Part shown: piece after piece, positions 22,971 through 32,469 of the stretch
Layout of the letters: every line of letters starts with the position of its first letter
Position numbering within the stretch: position 1 is the first letter of the stretch
Made by a program: the position numbers and the translations under genes
From: a virus
Taxonomy: Duplodnaviria > Caudoviricetes
DNA: 39,583 nt
IMG/VR virus record: IMGVR_UViG_3300022895_000230
Coordinates: 1-39,583 of that record
Direction: 5' to 3' (one strand)
The notes under the pieces: model-generated
What the model was told of the DNA's origin: nothing
What the model saw: only the letters and a program-made list of their open reading frames with translations
Database searches by the model: none

Positions 22971-24659
22971 GTGGCCTGGGACCTGTCCTGCCGCGACTGG
23001 TGGGAGAAGTTGCAGGCCGGCAAACTGCCGGTCGCCCACCTGCCGCTGTGGACCCCCCAGGCTGAGCGGGCTGCAGCGATTCTCGGCCGCCTGCGACTGG
23101 CTGACGTGCCGGGCACGCCCACCGTGGCAGAGGCCGGCGGCGAGTGGTTTCAAGACGTAACGCGCAACATGTTCGGGTCGGTAAACCCGGAGAGCGGCGA
23201 CCGCGAGATCCGCGACCTGTTCGCCCTGGTGCCGAAGAAGAACGCCAAGACCACCTTCGGCGCGCTGGGCATGGTCACGGCGACGTTGATCAACGAGCGC
23301 CCGCGTGCGACGTTCCTGATGACCGCGCCGGTCCAGGACACGGCGCAGCTGGCGTTCGACGCCGCCGCCGGCGCGATCGAGCTGGATCCGGTGCTGGCGG
23401 CCAAGTTCCATATCCGGCACCACCTCAAAACGATCATCCACCGGGAGACGAAGGCCTCCCTGGAGATCATGACGTTTGACCCGTCGGTGCTGACCGGCGT
23501 GAAGGTATCTGGCGGCGCGCTGATCGACGAGCTGCATGTCTGCGCCAAGAAGGCGAAGGCGGCGCAGGCGCTGCGCCAGATCCGCGGCGGCATGGTTCCG
23601 TACCCGGAAGCGTTCCTCTGGTTCATCACCACGCAGAGCGACGAGCAGCCGGTTGGGGTTTTCGCCGACGAGCTGCAGAAGGCGCGGGATATCCGCGACG
23701 GCAAGCGCGTCGGCAAGATGCTGCCGGTGCTGTTCGAGTTCCCGCAGGAGATCCAAGAATCGAAGGACCAGCAGTGGAAGGATCCGCGGCTGTGGCCACT
23801 GCTGAACCCGAACATCGGTCGTGCCATGACGCTGGAGCGCATGGTCGAAGAGTTCGACGACGCCGTTGGCACCAGCGAGGCCGAGCTTCGCAGCTGGGCA
23901 TCGCAGCACCTCAACGTGCAGATCGGCGTGGCGCTGCACCAAGGCAGCTGGGCCGGCGCTGAGTTCTGGGAAACGCAGGCGGACAAGCGGCTGACGCTGG
24001 AAGCGTTGATCCGGCGCTGCGACGCCATCACGGTGGGGATCGACGGTGGCGGCTTGGACGACCTCCTGGGCCTGTCCTTCTGCGGCCGAGACAAACACAC
24101 GAAACGCAAGCTGCTGGTGAGCCGGGCATTCGCCCATCCCAAGGCGCTGAAGCGTCGGAAGAGCCAGGAGACGCGCTACGAAGATTTCATCGCCGACGGG
24201 CACCTGGTTGTCGGCAGCGAGTCCGACGAGGGCGCCACGGACTTGAGCGACATGGCCGCCATGGTGAAGCAGGTGGCCAAGGCCAGGCTGCTGGCCGGCA
24301 TTGGCGTGGATCCATCAGGCCTCGGCACCGTCCTGGACGTGCTGGCAGCAGAGAAGATCGACGCGGAGCTGATCACCGGCATCCGCCAGGGCTGGCAGCT
24401 GACCGGCACGTGCAAGGTCTTCGAGCGCTGGCTGGCCGATGGCCTGCTGACGCATGACGGCTCGCGGCTGATGGACTGGTGCGTGGGCAATGCCAAGGTC
24501 GAGGCGTCCAAGAACGCTCTGTACGTGACCAAGGCGGCCAGTGGGGTCGGGAAGATCGATCCCCTGATGGCGGCAATGAATGCCGTCGAGCTGATGTCTC
24601 GGAACCCCGAGCCGCAGAACAAGAAACTCGTCCTCATGACAGTGGGTGGAGCCCGATGA
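22971..24659 (+). CDS. terL: Terminase large subunit
   Basis: PKKNAKTT Walker A, LIDELH Walker B, ITTQSD, GIDGGGLDDL, KIDPLMA. Confidence 0.95.
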   Translation: MAWDLSCRDWWEKLQAGKLPVAHLPLWTPQAERAAAILGRLRLADVPGTPTVAEAGGEWFQDVTRNMFGSVNPESGDREIRDLFALVPKKNAKTTFGALGMVTATLINERPRATFLMTAPVQDTAQLAFDAAAGAIELDPVLAAKFHIRHHLKTIIHRETKASLEIMTFDPSVLTGVKVSGGALIDELHVCAKKAKAAQALRQIRGGMVPYPEAFLWFITTQSDEQPVGVFADELQKARDIRDGKRVGKMLPVLFEFPQEIQESKDQQWKDPRLWPLLNPNIGRAMTLERMVEEFDDAVGTSEAELRSWASQHLNVQIGVALHQGSWAGAEFWETQADKRLTLEALIRRCDAITVGIDGGGLDDLLGLSFCGRDKHTKRKLLVSRAFAHPKALKRRKSQETRYEDFIADGHLVVGSESDEGATDLSDMAAMVKQVAKARLLAGIGVDPSGLGTVLDVLAAEKIDAELITGIRQGWQLTGTCKVFERWLADGLLTHDGSRLMDWCVGNAKVEASKNALYVTKAASGVGKIDPLMAAMNAVELMSRNPEPQNKKLVLMTVGGAR

Positions 24660-25228
24660 ATACCGAGAACCGCGCCTACAGCTTGCTGGAGGTGAAGAAC
24701 TACGACGACGACCAGCAGGTGATTACCGGCTGGGCTACCACTCCGGAGCCAGACCGCTACGGGGACGTGGTAGAGCCGCTGGGTGCGAAGTTCGCCGCCG
24801 AGTTGCCGCTGCTCTGGCAGCACCGCCACGACAGCCCGGTGGGCATCGTCAGGTTCGGCAAGCCGACCAAGGACGGCATCCCGTTCACTGCCAGCGTAGC
24901 CAAGATCGCCACCGCCGGTGCGCTCAAAGATCTGTGCGACCTGGCCTGGCAGTCGGTCAAGGAGAAGTTGGTGCGTGGCGTCTCCATCGGCTTCCGCGCG
25001 CTGGAGTACAGCTACATGGACGGCGGTGGCATCCGCTTCACCGAGTCCGAGATCTTCGAGCTTTCCCTGGTCACCATTCCGGCCAACGCCGCGGCGACCA
25101 TCCAGACCATCAAGGCCATGGACACCGCCGGCGGACACCGCTCGGCGAACTACGGCGTCCCCCTCATCCAGCGCCAGACAGTACCGGTCGACCGACCGTC
25201 CGGCGGCGCGGTGAAGTTGCTGCACTGA
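24656..25228 (+). CDS. HK97-family prohead protease
   Basis: DRYGDVVEP.G, LLWQH, GVSIGF, ELSLVTIPAN. Confidence 0.95.
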   Translation: MNTENRAYSLLEVKNYDDDQQVITGWATTPEPDRYGDVVEPLGAKFAAELPLLWQHRHDSPVGIVRFGKPTKDGIPFTASVAKIATAGALKDLCDLAWQSVKEKLVRGVSIGFRALEYSYMDGGGIRFTESEIFELSLVTIPANAAATIQTIKAMDTAGGHRSANYGVPLIQRQTVPVDRPSGGAVKLLH

Positions 25229-25251
25229 AGCACCGGGCCACGCGGCCCCGC

Positions 25252-25302
25252 GGGGTGGAACCCGCTTCCCAATATTGCAGGCACCGCCTGGGGTGGAACC
25301 CG
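25252..25302 (+). repeat. Two GGGGTGGAACCCG hairpin repeats in capsid leader
   Basis: Identical 13-mers at 25252-25264 and 25290-25302. Confidence 0.75.
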
Positions 25303-25338
25303 GGCCGAACGGCTGCGCCTACGAGAGAGCACTGAAAA

Positions 25339-26787
25339 ATGAACACCGCAGAACAACTGGAAAAGCTCCGCGCCACCCGTGCCGAGCTGGAGCGCAAGCT
25401 CAACACCGTCGTCGAGAAGTCCATGGGCGAGGGCCGTTCGATGAACACCGCCGAGCAGGAAGAGTTCGACTCGGTCAAGGACCAGATCAAGACCTTGGAC
25501 GGCGACATCGAGCGCTTCGAGCAGTTGCAGGCCATCCAGGCGCGCTCGGCCGTCCCGGTAGCGCCGATTGCTGCCGACAATGCGCAGCAGCCCGCCGGCG
25601 CCGTCGCGCACCAGCGCGGCGCCATCCAGGTTCGTTCGACCGAGAAGCTGGAGCCCGGCATCCTGTTTGCTCGTCACGCGATGTGCGTCTTCGCGGCGCG
25701 CGGCAACATGCGCGAGGCGTCGTACATCGCCAAGGAACGCTTCGGCGCCGAGAACCCGATTGCCAAGGCGCTCGCCTTCTGCGGCTCGCAGAAGATGGAG
25801 TCGATCCTGCAGGCGAACGTCACCAAGGCGGCCGTGGATGCCGCCACCACCACCGACGCGACCTGGGCCGCCCCGCTGGTTGCCTACAACCAGTACACCG
25901 CCGACTTTGTCGAGTTCCTGCGGCCGCGTACCATCGTTGGCCGTTTCGGCCAGGGCGGTATCCCGTCCCTGCGCCGCATTCCGTTCAACGTGCACATCCG
26001 CGGCGCGACCTCGGGCGGTACCGGCTACTGGGTCGGCCAGGGCAAGCCGAAGCCGGTGACCGCGTTCGGCTTCAACGACGTCTACCACGGCTGGTTCAAG
26101 GTGGCGGGCATCACCGTCGCTACCGACGAGCTGATCCGTTTCAGCGACCCGGCGGCCGAGACCCTGTTCCGCGACATGCTGGTGGACGCCCTGGTGGAGC
26201 GCATGGACACCGACTTCATCGATCCGGACTTCGCAGGTGTCGCGAACGTGGCCCCGGCGTCCATCACCAACGGGGTGACCGCCATCCCCTCGTCGGGCAA
26301 CACGGCGGCAGATATCCGCGCGGATCTGAACGCCCTTTGGGCGGCGTCCGATGAAGCGAACCACGTCTTCACCACGCCGGTCTACATCATGCGCGCGTCG
26401 ACTGCCCGTGCGGCTTCCTCGCTGGTCAACCCGCTGGGCCAGAAGGAGTTCCCCGATCTGACCCCGCAGGGAGGCGCGATCGATGGCGTACCGGTGATCG
26501 TGTCGAACTACGTGCCGGCGGACTCGGACGGCAGCTACGTGGTGCTGGTGGATGCCACCAACATCTACCTGTCCGATGACGGCCAGGCCACCGTGGACTT
26601 CAGCAACGAGGCGTCCATCCAGATGATGGATAACCCGACCAACGCGAGTGATCCGGCCACGGCCACCTCGCTGGTGTCGATGTTCCAGACCGACAGCACC
26701 GCAATCCGCGCCCACCGCTTCATCAACTGGTCGCGTCGCCGCCAGACGGCGGTCGCTGTCCTGTCGGGCGTGAACTGGGGCAACTGA
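25339..26787 (+). CDS. HK97-fold major capsid protein
   Basis: N-terminal coiled-coil delta domain, YWVGQGKPKP, KVAGI, G.PVIVS. Confidence 0.95.
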   Translation: MNTAEQLEKLRATRAELERKLNTVVEKSMGEGRSMNTAEQEEFDSVKDQIKTLDGDIERFEQLQAIQARSAVPVAPIAADNAQQPAGAVAHQRGAIQVRSTEKLEPGILFARHAMCVFAARGNMREASYIAKERFGAENPIAKALAFCGSQKMESILQANVTKAAVDAATTTDATWAAPLVAYNQYTADFVEFLRPRTIVGRFGQGGIPSLRRIPFNVHIRGATSGGTGYWVGQGKPKPVTAFGFNDVYHGWFKVAGITVATDELIRFSDPAAETLFRDMLVDALVERMDTDFIDPDFAGVANVAPASITNGVTAIPSSGNTAADIRADLNALWAASDEANHVFTTPVYIMRASTARAASSLVNPLGQKEFPDLTPQGGAIDGVPVIVSNYVPADSDGSYVVLVDATNIYLSDDGQATVDFSNEASIQMMDNPTNASDPATATSLVSMFQTDSTAIRAHRFINWSRRRQTAVAVLSGVNWGN

Positions 26788-26795
26788 CCGGAGCA

Positions 26796-26826
26796 GGGGA
26801 GGGCCAATCGGCCCTTCCCGATTTCA
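26796..26826 (+). terminator. Hairpin after capsid gene (weak terminator or stabiliser)
   Basis: GGGGAGGGCC-aatc-GGCCCTTCCC, short T tail. Confidence 0.5.
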
Positions 26827-26838
26827 GGAGATCAAACC

Positions 26839-27141
26839 ATGAAGACGACCGTCATTTATCGGGGTGAACCGATAGAGGTTCCCTCCTTCCATGCTGAACG
26901 GCTCATCCGGGCCGACAAGGCGAAGTTGCCCAAGGTAAGGGGTTCCGGCAACGCGCAGCCATCCGACGCGGTTCCGGCCATCGAGCCGCCTACCACTCAG
27001 ACCGTCGCGGACCCGCAGACCCGGGCGAAGCAGGAAGCGCCGGCGGATCAAGGTGCCCCGAAACAGGATGCTGCCCCCGTTCCCGAGGACGGTACGGCTC
27101 GCCGCCGCTACACCCGCCGGGACATGAAGGCACAGGACTGA
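26839..27141 (+). CDS. Hypothetical head-region protein
   Basis: AGGAG RBS; low-complexity middle; RRRYTRRDMKA end. Confidence 0.75.
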   Translation: MKTTVIYRGEPIEVPSFHAERLIRADKAKLPKVRGSGNAQPSDAVPAIEPPTTQTVADPQTRAKQEAPADQGAPKQDAAPVPEDGTARRRYTRRDMKAQD

Positions 27142-27142
27142 C

Positions 27143-28525
27143 ATGCGCATTTTAGGACTGGAAGTTACGCTGGCGAAGAAGGCACTGACTCCAGTCCCGC
27201 AGCGGAGGGGCTGGCGCGCGTTGGTGCGTGAGCCCTTCGCTGGTGCGTGGCAGCGGGACTTGGAAGAGGACAGGGGCACTGTCCTCACCTATCCGACGCT
27301 TTACGCGTGCCTCAATCGAATCTCCACGGACATCGGCAAGCTGCCGTTTGTGCTGAAGGCAGAAGGCGACGACGGTATCTGGCGGCCGGCTTCGAGCAAC
27401 ACAGCCTATTGGCCGGTGCTCAGGAAGCCCAACGGATACCAGACGGCACAGCAGTTCCGGGAGGCCTGGATGCTGTCCAAGCTGACGCAGGGGAACACTT
27501 ACGCGCTGAAGGGGCGCGATGAACGCAGGGTCGTGAATCGGCTCTGGATCATGGATCCCTTCTCGGTGCAGCCGCTGGTCTCTGAAAGCGGCGAGGTCTT
27601 CTACCAGCTCAACTACGGCACGGCATCGAATCTGTTGCCAGAAAACTACCCGGGCGACCAGCTGATCGTGCCATCCAGCGAAATCATCCACGACCGGATG
27701 AACTGCTTCCACCACCAGCTGATTGGTGTGCCGCCCTTGTGCGCCGCGCACTGGCCGGCGGTGAAGAACCTCAAGATTCTGAAGGACTCGACCAGCTTCT
27801 TCTCCAATGGTGCGAACCCAGGCGGCATCTTGACCGCCCCTGCTGGCATGTCGGATGAAGACGCGCAACTGGTCAAGGACTATTGGAACACGGAGTTCCA
27901 AGGCGCCAAGGCCGGCAATGTTGCAGTTGTCGGCGCGGACATGAAGTTCACCCCGTTCGCGTTCAAGTCTGCCGACAATCAGATGGTCGAGCAGATGCGC
28001 TACTCCGATGAACAGATCTGTCAGCCGTTCGGCATTCCTCCGTTCAAGGTCGGCATCGGCAGCATTCCTGCCGGGACCAAGCCGGACGAGGTGAACCAGA
28101 TGTACTACGGGGATGCGCTGCAGACCCACATTGAGGCGATGGAGAACCTGCTGGACGATGGTCTGGGCATCTCCCGCCCGATGGGCGTGGAACTGGATCT
28201 GGGACCGCTCCTGCGAATGGACGTGGGTAAGCAGGCCGAGGTCGAAACGAAGCTGGTCAGCGGGAACGTAAAGACCCCCAACGAAGGGCGGCTTGCCTTC
28301 AACCTTGCGCCGCTGGAGGGTGGAGACACCGTCTACATGCAGCAGCAGGATTTCCCGATGGACCAGGTGCGGAAGAACAAGATCGACCCCGCGCCGGCGG
28401 CGGCCGAGCCGACTGTGCCTGACGACGACCCTGACGACAGCGACGAACTGAAGGCGCTGCAGCAGGAGAACTTTATGTTGAAGGCCCTCGAGGCCGCGCG
28501 AGCCGAGGTGTTCCGCAATGAGTGA
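27143..28525 (+). CDS. HK97-family portal protein
   Basis: YAC.NRIS.DIGKLP, KPN.YQT..QF, GN.YA, FFSNGA.PGGIL, TPNE.R..NL.PLEGGD. Confidence 0.95.
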   Translation: MRILGLEVTLAKKALTPVPQRRGWRALVREPFAGAWQRDLEEDRGTVLTYPTLYACLNRISTDIGKLPFVLKAEGDDGIWRPASSNTAYWPVLRKPNGYQTAQQFREAWMLSKLTQGNTYALKGRDERRVVNRLWIMDPFSVQPLVSESGEVFYQLNYGTASNLLPENYPGDQLIVPSSEIIHDRMNCFHHQLIGVPPLCAAHWPAVKNLKILKDSTSFFSNGANPGGILTAPAGMSDEDAQLVKDYWNTEFQGAKAGNVAVVGADMKFTPFAFKSADNQMVEQMRYSDEQICQPFGIPPFKVGIGSIPAGTKPDEVNQMYYGDALQTHIEAMENLLDDGLGISRPMGVELDLGPLLRMDVGKQAEVETKLVSGNVKTPNEGRLAFNLAPLEGGDTVYMQQQDFPMDQVRKNKIDPAPAAAEPTVPDDDPDDSDELKALQQENFMLKALEAARAEVFRNE

Positions 28526-29540
28526 CCCCATCGACTTCGGCAAGATGCTGGGCGGCCTGGTCCGTGATGCTCTGGCCCCATTGCTCCAGCGCCTCACGAA
28601 GCTGGAAGAGCGGGAGGTGCCTGAAGGCCGCCCGGGCCGCGATGCCGACCCAGAGATGGTCGCAGAGCAGATTCGAGCCGCGCTGGAGGGGCTGCCGGCC
28701 CCGCGAGCCGGCAAGGATGCTGATCCGGTCACCGACGACCAGATCGCCCTGCAGGTCGCGCGCCACCTCGAGGAAAATCCGGTGCCCGCGGGCCGTGACG
28801 CGGATCAGGTCGACGTCGAAGCGCTGGCCGATCTGGTGGTGGCGAAGCTGCTGGATTCAGACAGGCTGGCCACGCTGGTGGACCTGGCGACCGGTTCTGC
28901 TGTGGCGAAGCACCTCGAGGAAAACCCAGTTCGTGACGGCCGCGACGCAGACCCGGCGGTGATCGAACGGGCGGTGAAGGCGGCTGTCGATGCGCTGCCG
29001 GCGCCGAAGGATGGCCGTGACGCCGATCCGGTCACCGAACAGCAGCTGGCCGCGCAGGTCGCCAGGCACCTGGCCGTGAACCCGCCGCAGCCCGGTGCCG
29101 ACGGTGTGGGCCTGGCCGGCGCAATGATCGATCGCGCTGGCGAGCTGGTGATCACCACCACCAAAGGTGAGGCGGTCAGGCTGGGCAAGGTCGTGGGCGA
29201 GGATGGCCGAGACGGCATCAGCTTCGAAACAGCGACTGGCGAGTACGATGCGGAGCGCGGATTCGTCATCAAGCTCGGCGCCGGCGAGCGCCGCACCGAA
29301 TTGGTCCTGCCGTACATGGTCCACCGCGGCTTCTGGCGCGAGGGACTGAGTACGAAGGCCGGGCAGTCGATCACCCACGATGGGGCGCTGTGGATCGCGA
29401 AGCGCGACAACGCATCGAAGCCTTGCCTGGAGAATGAGCAGGATTGGGCGCTGGCTGCGCGCAAGGGCCGTGACGGAAAGGACGGCAAGAGCGTCCGCGT
29501 GCCGGCCGAGCCGGTGAAGCTGGGAGCCGGCAATGCGTGA
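28518..29540 (+). CDS. Repeat-containing head-associated protein
   Basis: Repeated G[RK]DAD[PQ] and RHLEENPV units; C-terminal THDGALW..W.LAARKGRDGKDG. Confidence 0.8.
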   Translation: MSDPIDFGKMLGGLVRDALAPLLQRLTKLEEREVPEGRPGRDADPEMVAEQIRAALEGLPAPRAGKDADPVTDDQIALQVARHLEENPVPAGRDADQVDVEALADLVVAKLLDSDRLATLVDLATGSAVAKHLEENPVRDGRDADPAVIERAVKAAVDALPAPKDGRDADPVTEQQLAAQVARHLAVNPPQPGADGVGLAGAMIDRAGELVITTTKGEAVRLGKVVGEDGRDGISFETATGEYDAERGFVIKLGAGERRTELVLPYMVHRGFWREGLSTKAGQSITHDGALWIAKRDNASKPCLENEQDWALAARKGRDGKDGKSVRVPAEPVKLGAGNA

Positions 29541-29928
29541 ATTCGTCACCCCGGAAGATGTGCGAGAGCAGCTGCGCATCGACAGCGAGGCTGATGACCG
29601 CTGGCTGGCCATCTGGATCCCCGCCGTCTCGGCCTCAGTGGCGGCGTGGCTGAAGCAGGAGTGGCGGCTGTACGTGTTGCAGCGCGATTCCAACGGGGAC
29701 GTGGTGACGGACAGCTCGGGCGTGCCGCTGCCCGTGCTGGACAGCGACGACTTGCCGGTGCTGCAGCCGACGGTGATCGCCGCCACGCTCCTGGAGCTGG
29801 CGTCGCAGTACCGCTATCGGGAAGGTGAGGGCGACAACGCGGTGCCTGCGGATGCCGGGCACGGGTACGTGCTGTCCCGGGCGGCGACGGCTCAGCTGGC
29901 GCCCCTGCGCCGCACCACGGTGGCCTGA
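29533..29928 (+). CDS. Head-tail connector (gp6-like)
   Basis: VT.E.VREQLRID...DD, ATLL..A..Y.YREG, L.PLR. Confidence 0.85.
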   Translation: MREFVTPEDVREQLRIDSEADDRWLAIWIPAVSASVAAWLKQEWRLYVLQRDSNGDVVTDSSGVPLPVLDSDDLPVLQPTVIAATLLELASQYRYREGEGDNAVPADAGHGYVLSRAATAQLAPLRRTTVA

Positions 29929-30269
29929 TGAGCAACGTGGCGGCGGGCGAACTGCGACACCGGGTGCTGATCCAGCAGCAGATCACGACCAGGGACAGCG
30001 ACGGGATCAAGCAGGTGAGCTGGGTGGACGTGGCGACGGTGTGGGCATCGGTCGAGCCGCTGTCGGCTCGCGAGTTCATCCAGTCCGGCCAGACGCAGGC
30101 AGCGGTTACCGCGCGCATCACGATCCGTTACCGCGCCGGCCTGCTGCCGTCGATGCGCCTGCTGCACCGTGGCCAGGTCTTCAACATCGCCGGCCTGCTT
30201 CCGGACAAGGCGTCTGGGCTGGAGTACATCACCATTCCGGTCTCGGCCGGGGTCAACGACGGCCAATGA
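29928..30269 (+). CDS. Head closure/stopper protein
   Basis: AGELRHRV.IQ, W..VA.VWA.VEPLS.RE, ITIRYR. Confidence 0.92.
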   Translation: MSNVAAGELRHRVLIQQQITTRDSDGIKQVSWVDVATVWASVEPLSAREFIQSGQTQAAVTARITIRYRAGLLPSMRLLHRGQVFNIAGLLPDKASGLEYITIPVSAGVNDGQ

Positions 30270-30769
30270 TCGAGATCGACCTTCTGGGACCAGGCCCGAG
30301 CGCATCGCTGGACTTGGCCGAACGGCTGCGCGGGCGACGGGTCGGGGTTGTCGGCAACGCCTTCGAACTGGCGCCGTGGGCTGAGTTCCTCGCTGCCAGC
30401 GACGTCCAGTGGTGGGACAAGCACCCGGCGGCCATGGCGTTCTGCGGTGCCAGGTATGCGCCGCACCGCAAGGCGGGACTGCAGCAGCTGCCCGGCGCGA
30501 GGACGAACTGGAACAGTGGCGTGCTTGGCCTGGCCGTTGCGGTATCGCTGGGCGCCACGCTGGTGCGGCTGCACGGGTTCGACCTGCGCGGCTCGCACTT
30601 CTTCGGCCCGTATACGAACGGCCTGCGCAACACCGCGCCGGCCCGTCGAGAGATCCATCAGCAGCAGTTCGCCCAGTGGGCACGCCAGAACCCCCATGTC
30701 CGGGTCGTGAACTGCACCCCCGGCTCAGCTCTCAGGTGCTTCGAATTCGATGAACAGATTGCCGCTTAA
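30266..30769 (+). CDS. Sialyltransferase-like / Maf (DUF115)-like protein
   Basis: GPGPS, NSG..GL..A..LGA..V.L.GFD, HFFG, VVNCTPGSAL.CF; ATGA coupled to head closure gene. Confidence 0.7.
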   Translation: MIEIDLLGPGPSASLDLAERLRGRRVGVVGNAFELAPWAEFLAASDVQWWDKHPAAMAFCGARYAPHRKAGLQQLPGARTNWNSGVLGLAVAVSLGATLVRLHGFDLRGSHFFGPYTNGLRNTAPARREIHQQQFAQWARQNPHVRVVNCTPGSALRCFEFDEQIAA

Positions 30770-31307
30770 CTCCGTGCGCGGCCGCATCCGCGCGCACATC
30801 GAGCGCTACGCCGGCGCCCTGGGCGACGACGTGCTCGAGGTCGGCAGCCGGATCCACGATCCTGCCGCATGGTGGTGCACCAACCGGGATCTCGCAGCTG
30901 GCCAGTGGACCGGAATCGACATGCAGGCGGGCGAGGGCGTTGACCAGGTGGCCGACATCCACGACCTGCCGGCCGAATGGTCCGGCCGCTTCACCGGAAT
31001 CGTCTGCTCCGAGGTCCTGGAACACGTAGCCCGACCGTGGCTGGCCCTCCCGGAGCTGCGCCGCGTGCTGCAGCCGGGCGGCCTGCTGGTGGTCACCACG
31101 CTTTTCGCATTCCCCGAGCACGGCTACCCGGATGACTACTACCGCTACAGCCAGAGCGGGCTGCAGCTGCTGCTCGCCGACGCCAGGTTCAGCGAAATCG
31201 CCACCGAGTACGCCGGCGAGGTGCCGCTTGAACTGAATGACCACGGCGAACGCGGCGTTGCGCGCCGCCGGCTGCCGATGCACACGTTCGCGGTGGCGCG
31301 GTGCTGA
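30750..31307 (+). CDS. Class I SAM-dependent methyltransferase
   Basis: VLEVGS, GID, C.EVLEHV..P, RVLQPGG, H.YPDDYYRY. Confidence 0.9.
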   Translation: MNRLPLNSVRGRIRAHIERYAGALGDDVLEVGSRIHDPAAWWCTNRDLAAGQWTGIDMQAGEGVDQVADIHDLPAEWSGRFTGIVCSEVLEHVARPWLALPELRRVLQPGGLLVVTTLFAFPEHGYPDDYYRYSQSGLQLLLADARFSEIATEYAGEVPLELNDHGERGVARRRLPMHTFAVARC

Positions 31308-31981
31308 CCCTCCTCACGGCCACTGGTGCCAGGCCTGCCGCCTGGGCGCTGTGCGAGCGCTGGATGGCCCGGCAAGACTACGCCGGCCCCGTGCGCTGGG
31401 TCATCGTGGACGACGGCCCTGAGCCGCAGCCGATGGCCTTCCGCCGGGATGGCTGGCAGCTGGTGCTGGTCCGCCCGTCGCCGCACTGGGCGCCCGGCCA
31501 GAACACCCAGGCGCGGAACCTGATGAAGGGGCTGGCCGCCGTCGGCGCTGATGAGCGCCTGGCCATCATCGAGGACGACGACTGGTACGCGCCGGATTGG
31601 CTGACGACCGTTGATCGCGAATTGGACCGTGCGGAACTGGTCGGCGAACACCGGGCGCGCTACTACAACGTGCAGCAGCGCCGGGGCAGGCAGCTGGCCA
31701 ACACCAGCCACGCCAGCCTGTGCAGCACTGCGATGCGCGGCAGCGCGCTGCAGGACTTCGCCGAAGCCTGCCGGGCACGTCCTAAGTACATCGACCTGGA
31801 GCTCTGGCGCCGCGCGCGGGGCCGCCATCTGTTCGGCGGCAACCGCGTCGTGGGCATGAAAGGGCTGCCCGGCCGCGGCGGCATCGGCATGGGCCACGAC
31901 GCAGCATTCAACGGTCAAACCGATTCTGATGGTGCGCTGCTGCGCTCCTGGGTGGGTCTGGATGCAGAGGTGTACCGGTGA
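31301..31981 (+). CDS. GT-A fold glycosyltransferase (GT2-like)
   Basis: T.TG.RP, Q.Y, WVIVDDG, IIEDDDWY.PDWL DxD motif. Confidence 0.85.
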   Translation: MLTLLTATGARPAAWALCERWMARQDYAGPVRWVIVDDGPEPQPMAFRRDGWQLVLVRPSPHWAPGQNTQARNLMKGLAAVGADERLAIIEDDDWYAPDWLTTVDRELDRAELVGEHRARYYNVQQRRGRQLANTSHASLCSTAMRGSALQDFAEACRARPKYIDLELWRRARGRHLFGGNRVVGMKGLPGRGGIGMGHDAAFNGQTDSDGALLRSWVGLDAEVYR

Positions 31982-32469
31982 AGGTGGAATTCAATATTGT
32001 CGGCATTCCGGGCATCATCCGCACGCTCAACAGCCTGCCGGCCGAGATCGTCAGCAAGAAGGGCGGTCCGGTAAAGCTGGCGCTGGCCAAGGCAGCGCGC
32101 CTGGTGCGGGATGAGGCGAAGAGCAACCTGCAGCGCTCCATCGAGTTGCGCGGCGCCGACAGCACCGGGACTACGGTCCGGTCCGTCATTGCCAGCCGGG
32201 GCAAGGCACCGAATGATGGCAATGGCGAACGCTACCTGGTGCGGGTGAAGAAGCGCTCCTTCGTCAACGCCCGCGGGCAGAAGACGTCCACGCTCATGAC
32301 CGCCAACCTGCTGGAGTGGGGGTCTGGGCACCAGCCCGCTACCCCGTGGCTGCGCCCGGCGGTGACAAGCAAGGGGCAGGAGGCCATTGACGTGATGGTG
32401 ACCGACCTGAGCCGTCGCATCGACCTGATAGTTCGGCAGCTAGCCGCCAAGAACGGGAGCGCGGGCTGA
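31978..32469 (+). CDS. HK97 gp10-family tail component
   Basis: LLEWGS.HQPA.PWLRPA. Confidence 0.88.
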   Translation: MKVEFNIVGIPGIIRTLNSLPAEIVSKKGGPVKLALAKAARLVRDEAKSNLQRSIELRGADSTGTTVRSVIASRGKAPNDGNGERYLVRVKKRSFVNARGQKTSTLMTANLLEWGSGHQPATPWLRPAVTSKGQEAIDVMVTDLSRRIDLIVRQLAAKNGSAG

